A DNA stretch of 32,282 bases, taken from positions 1-32,282 of the IMG/VR virus record IMGVR_UViG_3300029318_000051; one strand, written 5' to 3'. Of this stretch, positions 16,934 through 23,546 are shown piece by piece. The DNA is from a virus. Lineage: Duplodnaviria > Caudoviricetes. Made by a program: the position numbers and the translations under genes. Under the pieces are notes generated by a model. It ran no database searches. It saw only the letters and a program-made list of their open reading frames with translations, and was not told where the DNA came from. The first letter of the stretch is position 1. Each line of letters starts with the position of its first letter.

Positions 16934-18477
16934 TAATAGAACTAAAAGCAAAAACCGACAAAATAGAGAAAGATGTCGAGGGAATAAATAAAGAAATAAA
17001 GAGCCTTAACAAAAACGTAGATAAAACTGCTGAGGGTTTTGATGGTGTAGAGAAAGCAACGCAAGACACAGCTAAGGGTGTTCGTAAAATAGGTACAACT
17101 CTAAAAGCTATTGGTATTGGTCTTTTATTAGCAGCGTTCACAAAATTAAAAGAAGTATTTGAAGAAAACCAAAAAGTAGTAGATGGTTTTAATACAGGCT
17201 TTGAGTTTTTATCTTTAGCATTTAATGACTTTTTTAATTTCTTAGATGCCAATGTAGGTACAGTAATAGATTATTTTAAGGGTATTTTTGAAAATCCAAA
17301 AGAATCACTTATAGAATTTGGTAACGCTATTAAAAATAATCTTATAGAAAGATTTAATTCATTCTTAGATACTTTGGGTTTTTTAGCAAGTGCAGTAAAA
17401 AAAGTATTTAGTGGAGACTTTGCAGGTGCTTTAGATGATGTTAAAAATGCAGGTAAGGAATCTTTAGATGTTTTAACAGGTGTAGATGATACTTTTAATA
17501 AATCAATCGAAACAGTTACAAAAGCAACTAAGAGTATTACAGAATATGCTAAATCTACTTATGATTCTGCTAAGGCTAATGTTGATTTACAAAAAACAGC
17601 AGAATTAGCTATAGCACAAAACAGAATAATTTTAGAACAAAAAGATAGAGAAGCTGAAAAGCTAAGACAAATAAGAGATGATGAATCAAGAACTATAGAA
17701 GAAAGAATAGAAGCTAATAACAAACTTGCTGAAGTATTGAATGAACAAGAAAGACTTATGTTAGCTAACGTAGATGCTTTAGTTGCAGCAGCACAAGCAC
17801 AATTTGACAAAAATGCAAGTCAAGAGAATCAAATTGCATTATTAGAAGCACAAGCAGAAAGAGAGGGTGTACTTGCACAAGTTGAGGGTTTTAGATCAGA
17901 GCAATTAACAAACATAAATTCTTTAGAAAGAGAAAGACAAGATTTAATAGAAGAAGCAGCAGACGTAGAAAAGCAATTAGCTGATGAAGCATTAGCAAGA
18001 GATAAAATGCTACAAGAACAAAAGGTAGCAAATTTAAAAGGTGCATTATCTAATATAGCAACAATAGTAGGAGCTAATAGTAAGTTTGGTAAAGCTATTG
18101 CGATAGTACAAGCACTACAAGACACTTATGCAGGTGCAAACAAAGCATTAGCACAGGGGGGTATATTTGGTTTTATTGGTGCAGCAGCAGTAATATCAGC
18201 AGGTATAGCTAACGTAAAAAAAATAGCAGGGTCTAAATCTCCTAAACCTCCTGCAAGTTTAGGTGCAAGAGATACAGGAGAAGTTACACCTACTATTCCA
18301 ACAGCTACTACAACATCAGTACCTCCACAATTTAACACAGTAGGTGCGAGTGGTACAAATCAATTAGCAGAATTGTTAGGAGGTCAAAAACCCCCAAGAG
18401 CTTATGTAGTTAGTGGAGATATAAGCACAGCACAAGAGTTAGACAGAAATATTGTAAGTAGTGCAAGTTTAGGATAA
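16918..18477 (+). CDS. Tail tape measure protein
   Basis: Long Ala/Glu/Lys-rich helical protein with hydrophobic Gly/Ala segments and C-terminal RAYVVSGDI. Confidence 0.75.
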   Translation: MAKEVIIELKAKTDKIEKDVEGINKEIKSLNKNVDKTAEGFDGVEKATQDTAKGVRKIGTTLKAIGIGLLLAAFTKLKEVFEENQKVVDGFNTGFEFLSLAFNDFFNFLDANVGTVIDYFKGIFENPKESLIEFGNAIKNNLIERFNSFLDTLGFLASAVKKVFSGDFAGALDDVKNAGKESLDVLTGVDDTFNKSIETVTKATKSITEYAKSTYDSAKANVDLQKTAELAIAQNRIILEQKDREAEKLRQIRDDESRTIEERIEANNKLAEVLNEQERLMLANVDALVAAAQAQFDKNASQENQIALLEAQAEREGVLAQVEGFRSEQLTNINSLERERQDLIEEAADVEKQLADEALARDKMLQEQKVANLKGALSNIATIVGANSKFGKAIAIVQALQDTYAGANKALAQGGIFGFIGAAAVISAGIANVKKIAGSKSPKPPASLGARDTGEVTPTIPTATTTSVPPQFNTVGASGTNQLAELLGGQKPPRAYVVSGDISTAQELDRNIVSSASLG

Positions 18478-18508
18478 ACAAAAAAATAAATTAATACGTT
18501 ATACATAT
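18478..18508 (+). promoter_or_regulatory. Putative late promoter (protease operon)
   Basis: ACAAAA...TACGTTATACATAT-ATG. Confidence 0.75.
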
Positions 18509-19537
18509 ATGAGAATCGTTGAATTAATCTTAGGGGATGATGAGCTAACAGGAATTGAAGCTATATCTGTAGTAGAAAACCCTGCAATAGAAGAAGATTT
18601 TATAGCACTAAAAAGCGAGGAAATAAAACTTGCTGAGGTCGATAAAGACAAGCGTATCTTAATGGGTGCTTTACTTGTTCCTAACAAACCTATTTATCGT
18701 AAAAAAGGCGAGGAAGAATATTACATATATTTCTCAAAAGACACAGTAGAAAAAGCATCACAGCTTTATTTAATGAACGGAAACCAATCTAAAGCTACAT
18801 TAGAACACCAACACACGATCAACGGACTAACATTAGTAGAATCTTGGTTAGTGGAAGATGAGGTACATGATAAATCTCGTAAGTATGGTTTAAATGTTCC
18901 TATAGGTACTTGGATGGGAGCTGTTAAGGTAAACAACGATGAAATATGGAATGGCTTTGTAAAAACAGGCAAGGTTAAAGGTTTTTCAATAGAGGGTTAC
19001 TTTGCAGACAAAATGGAAAGACCTAAAGAGCCTGTAAATGATTTTGCTGACTTAGAAGAAGCAGAAGCAAGTGAAATGTTGTCTTATATAAGGTCTATAA
19101 TCAAGTCAGACAAGCGTGTAAAGGGTGGTAAGAGGCAAGAACTTGAATCATATAGCGATTACCCTAACGGAGTAAAAAACAACGCCAAGAGAGGCTTAGA
19201 GCTAAACGAAAAAGTAAACAATAAATGTGCTACACAAGTAGGAAAAGTAAGAGCGCAACAATTAGCACAAGGAAAACCTATAAGTGTAGAAACTATAAAG
19301 AGAATGTACTCTTATTTAAGTAGAGCAGAAGAATATTACGATGAGGGAGATTCTAAAGCGTGTGGAACTATCTCTTACCTTTTATGGGGTGGTAAAGCTG
19401 CTAAAAGATGGGCAGAGGGCAAACTTAAAGAGCTTGATCTTATTGACTTGAAGAAACCTTGTCAAGCAGGATATGAGCAATACGGAATGAAAATAAAAAA
19501 CGGAAGATTAGTTCCTAATTGTATTCCTATTAAGTAA
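18509..19537 (+). CDS. Prohead serine protease (XkdF-like) with two extra C-terminal modules
   Basis: AISVVENPAIE, ATLEH, VESW, GTW and GKVKGFSIEG. The tail carries a YSDYP...LLWGG module and a PC..GY..GMK..NG..VPNC module. Confidence 0.85.
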   Translation: MRIVELILGDDELTGIEAISVVENPAIEEDFIALKSEEIKLAEVDKDKRILMGALLVPNKPIYRKKGEEEYYIYFSKDTVEKASQLYLMNGNQSKATLEHQHTINGLTLVESWLVEDEVHDKSRKYGLNVPIGTWMGAVKVNNDEIWNGFVKTGKVKGFSIEGYFADKMERPKEPVNDFADLEEAEASEMLSYIRSIIKSDKRVKGGKRQELESYSDYPNGVKNNAKRGLELNEKVNNKCATQVGKVRAQQLAQGKPISVETIKRMYSYLSRAEEYYDEGDSKACGTISYLLWGGKAAKRWAEGKLKELDLIDLKKPCQAGYEQYGMKIKNGRLVPNCIPIK

Positions 19538-19656
19538 TGCCAAGAAAAGTAGTAAGTGTATATATAAAACCAAAAAGAAAATCACACCCTCACAGCAAAA
19601 ATGCGAGTGTAGGACAAAACAAATATAAAAAACCATATAAAGGTCAAGGAAGATGA
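19537..19656 (+). CDS. 39-aa basic peptide ending YKGQGR (not in ORF track)
   Basis: MPRKVVSVYIKPKRKSHPHSKNASVGQNKYKKPYKGQGR, coupled on both sides (TAATG and ATGA). Confidence 0.75.
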   Translation: MPRKVVSVYIKPKRKSHPHSKNASVGQNKYKKPYKGQGR

Positions 19657-20003
19657 GTAAAAGAATAAGTAAAATGCTATTTAGCAAAGAGAGAGTAGAG
19701 TTAGGTTTAATTGATGAGGTTAAAAAAGTTTCTTCTGATATAGAGTCTGAGTGGAAAGATGCGTTAAGTATTGCTGTAGATGGTGCAAAAGCATTAAGAG
19801 GTAAAGTTGATGCAGCAGCAAAACCATTAAATCAAAAAATAATTGCTCTAAGAGATGGCATTGATAAAGCAGAACAAGCATTAAATGAATTAGGTATTGG
19901 CAAAAACTCAGATATTGAAAAAGCAAAAAAAGAATTGAAAGTTGCTTCAGGACAAGTAGCAGTTTTAGGTACAATAGCAAGAAAACTAACAGATATTTAT
20001 TAA
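19653..20003 (+). CDS. VEL-leader helical protein 1 (putative capsid cargo)
   Basis: MSKRISKMLFSKERVELG leader and NELGI hinge. Confidence 0.7.
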   Translation: MSKRISKMLFSKERVELGLIDEVKKVSSDIESEWKDALSIAVDGAKALRGKVDAAAKPLNQKIIALRDGIDKAEQALNELGIGKNSDIEKAKKELKVASGQVAVLGTIARKLTDIY

Positions 20004-20134
20004 TGAAAAAATTTGAAACACCAAGTAAGACAAGTCCAAGAGGAGGACGTAGAGGTTGTTTATGTAAAGATGAAACCTATTCAGTAAAGTGCTGTAAGGG
20101 TAATATAATAAATCAAGGAATCGGTAAAATATAA
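20003..20134 (+). CDS. 43-aa Cys-rich peptide, CLC...CC (not in ORF track)
   Basis: MKKFETPSKTSPRGGRRGCLCKDETYSVKCCKGNIINQGIGKI, with TAATG coupling. Confidence 0.75.
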   Translation: MKKFETPSKTSPRGGRRGCLCKDETYSVKCCKGNIINQGIGKI

Positions 20135-20142
20135 GTTATGAG
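20126..20142 (+). repeat. 17-bp direct repeat AAAATATAAGTTATGAG, copy 1
   Basis: Exact match to 20494-20510. Spans the start of cargo gene 2. Confidence 0.85.
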
Positions 20143-20494
20143 TAAACGAATTAGCAAGATGCTATTTAGCACAGAAAAGGTAGAATTAGCAAGAAAACCA
20201 AAATCTATATTGACTAATCTTATTAGAATTGATGAATTTACAGCAAAATCATCTTCTAAAATGGACAAAGCATATTTAAACTACAAAAAAGCACAACAAG
20301 AATTTGACTCAACAATTAACAGAGAATTAGACAATGTAAGATTATTAGGTACTGATATTTTAGATGTCAAAGTAGAAGTTAGAAAATTAGGTTTAGATAA
20401 TGTAGCTATTCCTGACTTAGACAGAGCTGAAAAATTAGCAAAAAAACTTACAGGTATTTTAAGCAATTACAAAAAGTTATATCCTGAAATTTAA
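20138..20494 (+). CDS. VEL-leader helical protein 2 (putative capsid cargo)
   Basis: MSKRISKMLFSTEKVELA leader and RKLGL...IPD hinge. Confidence 0.7.
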   Translation: MSKRISKMLFSTEKVELARKPKSILTNLIRIDEFTAKSSSKMDKAYLNYKKAQQEFDSTINRELDNVRLLGTDILDVKVEVRKLGLDNVAIPDLDRAEKLAKKLTGILSNYKKLYPEI

Positions 20495-20510
20495 AAATAT
20501 AAGTTATGAG
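20494..20510 (+). repeat. 17-bp direct repeat, copy 2
   Basis: Exact match to 20126-20142. Spans the start of cargo gene 3. Confidence 0.85.
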
Positions 20511-20898
20511 AAAAAAAGCGATGAAATATGTATCACAAGTAACAGAACTATCTACAGAAAAGGTAGAGTTAGGTAATATGGGTGCTTTAAAAGGTGCTGT
20601 GCTAATTTTGAAAAATGTAGAAAGTAATGCAGATAGATTTTTTCAGGATTTAGTTGATAAAGTAGAAAGATCAATACAATCTTGGAAAGCTATGAATAAG
20701 CATAGAAACGAATTATATAATTATGTATATAGAGAGGTTGATGGTATTCTTAGAACATTTGACTCTAATGCTAAAGAGTTAGGAGTAAAACCTGATAGCA
20801 TACCTGAATATAAAGAAGTAGTAAAACTACGAAAAACAGCAATAGAAGTAATAAAACTTTTAGATAGAATTAAAGTACCTAAAGAGCCTTTAGCTTAA
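20506..20898 (+). CDS. VEL-leader helical protein 3 (putative capsid cargo)
   Basis: TELSTEKVELG and KELGV...IPEY hinge. Confidence 0.7.
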   Translation: MRKKAMKYVSQVTELSTEKVELGNMGALKGAVLILKNVESNADRFFQDLVDKVERSIQSWKAMNKHRNELYNYVYREVDGILRTFDSNAKELGVKPDSIPEYKEVVKLRKTAIEVIKLLDRIKVPKEPLA

Positions 20899-20912
20899 AA
20901 TAATATAAAAAT

Positions 20913-20943
20913 GCAAATATAAATTTAAATACGTTATAGTAAT
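20913..20943 (+). promoter_or_regulatory. Putative late promoter (scaffold/capsid)
   Basis: GCAAAT...TACGTTATAGTAAT-ATG. Confidence 0.75.
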
Positions 20944-21549
20944 ATGAAATCAACAGAAATCTTAGACAAAATCAAAACTTTCTTAGGAGAGGAAAAAATT
21001 GAAGAACAAGTAGAGGAAACTCAAGTTGAAGAAACTCAATTAGAAGAATCTCAAGAGAAAGTCGAGTTAGCACAAGCTAAACTTGATAATGGTACAGTTT
21101 TAGAAGCTGAGGCTTTTGAAGCAGGAAACGAAATCTTTATTGTTACTGAAGATGAAAGAGTAGCAGTACCTGTAGGCGAATATCAAATGGAAGATGGTCA
21201 AATGCTCGTAGTAAGCGAGGAGGGAATTATCGGAGAGATTAAGTCAGCAGAGGCAGAGGAATCTGAAGAAGAAGAAGTAGAGGCTGAAGAAGAAGAAATG
21301 GCTTATGTATCAAAAGAAGAATTTAACTCTGCCATTGATGAGATCAAAGGTATGATTAATGAGTTAAAGGAAGTGAAAGAAGAAATGGCTGAAGTAGAGG
21401 AGCAAGTAAAACAAGAACTTAGCGAAACTCCTGCTGTAGAGCCTATTGCTCACAATCCTGAAGCTAAACAAGAATTTAAAGTAAGATTCGGACAGAACAG
21501 AAAAGAAACTGCTTTAGATAGAGTAATGAAAAAATTAACCAATAATTAA
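20944..21549 (+). CDS. Capsid scaffolding protein
   Basis: Extremely Glu-rich with a coiled coil, directly upstream of the major capsid gene. Confidence 0.75.
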   Translation: MKSTEILDKIKTFLGEEKIEEQVEETQVEETQLEESQEKVELAQAKLDNGTVLEAEAFEAGNEIFIVTEDERVAVPVGEYQMEDGQMLVVSEEGIIGEIKSAEAEESEEEEVEAEEEEMAYVSKEEFNSAIDEIKGMINELKEVKEEMAEVEEQVKQELSETPAVEPIAHNPEAKQEFKVRFGQNRKETALDRVMKKLTNN

Positions 21550-21560
21550 AATTAAGAAAA

Positions 21561-22484
21561 ATGCCAAATCCAACAATTACAGCAAGTAGTTATGCAGGGG
21601 AATTTGCAGGAAAGTATATCGCTGCGAGTTTATTGACAGCTAAAACTTTAGATGATGCTGCGATAACTATTTTGCCAAACATTAAGTACAAAGCTGCTAT
21701 GAAAGTAGGGGCTTTCTCAAATTTAGTAAGAAGTGCTGATTGTGATTTCGATTCAACGACTTCAGGTCTTACACTTACTGAAAAAGTATTAACACCAACT
21801 GAATTACAAGTAAACCTACAAATCTGTAAGAAAGAATTACATGCAGATTGGGAAGCTGCTCAAATGGGCTTTAGTGCTTTTGACAATTTACCTCCATTAT
21901 TTTCTGACTTCGTTATCGCAAGAGTAGCAGCAGAGGTTGCAAGTGCAACTGAAACTTCTATTTGGGGTGGTAGTGCAGGAGAGGGTAACTTCGATGGTTT
22001 TGTAACATTAGCAACTGCTGATGGAACTGTTAATGATGTAACAGCAGGTACAGTTACTTCTGCTAACGTAGTCGCAGAATTAGGTAAAATCGTTGATGCT
22101 ATTCCATCAGGAGTTTACGGAGCTGATGATCTAATTATCTATGTATCACAAAACATCTACAGAGCTTATATTAGAGCATTAGGTGGTTTCGGTGCAGCAG
22201 GTTTAGGTGCAGCAGGTTACGAAAATAGAGGTAACAACCAATCATTAGATAATTTATTCTTTGATGGTGTTAAGATTTACCCATCTTCAGGATTTAGTGA
22301 TAACCAAGCAATCGCTGCAAGAAGCTCTAACTTATTCTTCGGAACAGGTCTATTGAATGACAGAAACGAAGTTAAAGTTATTGATATGTCAGATATTGAT
22401 GGATCACAAAATGTAAGAGTAGTAATGAGATATACAGCAGGATGCCAAATCGGTGTTGGTGCTGATGTTGTTCTTTACGACTAA
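21561..22484 (+). CDS. Major capsid protein
   Basis: 307 aa, YAGEFAGKYI N-terminus, follows the scaffold, followed by a strong terminator. Confidence 0.8.
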   Translation: MPNPTITASSYAGEFAGKYIAASLLTAKTLDDAAITILPNIKYKAAMKVGAFSNLVRSADCDFDSTTSGLTLTEKVLTPTELQVNLQICKKELHADWEAAQMGFSAFDNLPPLFSDFVIARVAAEVASATETSIWGGSAGEGNFDGFVTLATADGTVNDVTAGTVTSANVVAELGKIVDAIPSGVYGADDLIIYVSQNIYRAYIRALGGFGAAGLGAAGYENRGNNQSLDNLFFDGVKIYPSSGFSDNQAIAARSSNLFFGTGLLNDRNEVKVIDMSDIDGSQNVRVVMRYTAGCQIGVGADVVLYD

Positions 22485-22507
22485 TAAATTAAATTAACTA
22501 ACATATA

Positions 22508-22540
22508 AAGGGGTGGGTAGTGTTCTGCCTACCCTTTTTT
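22508..22540 (+). terminator. Rho-independent terminator after the major capsid gene
   Basis: GGGTGGGTAG-TGTT-CTGCCTACCC followed by T6. Confidence 0.85.
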
Positions 22541-22553
22541 AATACTAATAATT

Positions 22554-23078
22554 ATGGCTTGTACACTAACAACAGGAAGAAAGTTACCTTGTAAATCAGG
22601 GGTAGGTGGTTTAAAAACTGTTTACTTTGCTGATTACGGAACTCTTGGTGCAGCTACGATTGCTTCAGGCGAGGTTACTGCATTAGCAGGAAATCCTGCT
22701 TTATTTCAGTTTGATATAAAAGGAAATTCATCTTTAGAAACTGCAATCAATAGCTCAAGAGAAAATGGTACTACATTCTACGAAACTACTTTAAACCTAA
22801 CACTTACGTTCCTTGACAAACTTACACAAGAAGAATTAAAATTAGTTGCTCATGCAAGACCTCATGTTTTTGTAGAGGACTATAATGGTAATTACTTTGT
22901 AGTAGGTTTAGAACATGGTGCTGAGGTAACAGGTGGATCAATCGTGAGTGGAGCTGCTATGGGAGATCTTAGTGGATTCACATTAACAATGGTAGCACAA
23001 GAAACTGCGCCTCCATACTTTATTACAGGCTCTGTAGTAACAGGAGATGCAAGTGCAACACAAATAACACCTAACTAA
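22554..23078 (+). CDS. Major tail (tube) protein
   Basis: C.SGVGGLK, SRENGTTFY, GAAMGDLSGFTLT; beta-rich, 174 aa. Confidence 0.65.
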   Translation: MACTLTTGRKLPCKSGVGGLKTVYFADYGTLGAATIASGEVTALAGNPALFQFDIKGNSSLETAINSSRENGTTFYETTLNLTLTFLDKLTQEELKLVAHARPHVFVEDYNGNYFVVGLEHGAEVTGGSIVSGAAMGDLSGFTLTMVAQETAPPYFITGSVVTGDASATQITPN

Positions 23079-23099
23079 AAATAATTTCTTATATTTATA

Positions 23100-23163
23100 A
23101 GAGTTTTCATAAATTTTAGATTAGTTTTGTTTGAAAGGGGAGTTTTTTAACTCCTCTTTTTTT
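23100..23163 (+). ncRNA. Candidate small RNA (U-rich region plus terminator)
   Basis: Promoter-like TATATTTATA at 23090-23099, a 5' part complementary to a generic A-rich leader plus ATGAAAA, and an intrinsic terminator. Confidence 0.3.
23134..23163 (+). terminator. Rho-independent terminator
   Basis: AAAGGGGAGTT-TTTT-AACTCCTCTTT followed by a T tract. Confidence 0.85.
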
Positions 23164-23167
23164 ATAC

Positions 23168-23198
23168 ACAAAATTTAAAGTTTGTACGTTATATAAGT
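23168..23198 (+). promoter_or_regulatory. Putative late promoter (portal/fibre operon)
   Basis: ACAAAA...TACGTTATATAAGT-ATG, immediately after a terminator. Confidence 0.75.
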
Positions 23199-23546
23199 AT
23201 GATACACTTAACCACAACTGCATCAGCTCAGACATTTAAAATAATACCAAGAAGTTATGCGAGTTCTGTTAGTATGATACTAAGAGATGATTCAACAAAC
23301 ACCTCAACAACATACACAGTAAGCACTACAACAGACAAAAATTACTTAGTAGTATCAAAAGCATTAAGTCCTGTACTTGTAGAGGGTAGGTTTTATGATT
23401 TAACTTTAAAAGAGGGAAGTAATGTAATATATAAAGATAAAGTTTTTTGTACTGATCAAACTATTTCAAGCTATTCAGTAAATAATGCAGAATATACTGT
23501 ACCAACAGGAAACGATGTCTTTGATAATGATTATATTGTAATATGA
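23199..23546 (+). CDS. Virion structural protein (possible head closure/connector)
   Basis: Beta-rich 115-aa protein upstream of the portal. Confidence 0.5.
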   Translation: MIHLTTTASAQTFKIIPRSYASSVSMILRDDSTNTSTTYTVSTTTDKNYLVVSKALSPVLVEGRFYDLTLKEGSNVIYKDKVFCTDQTISSYSVNNAEYTVPTGNDVFDNDYIVI

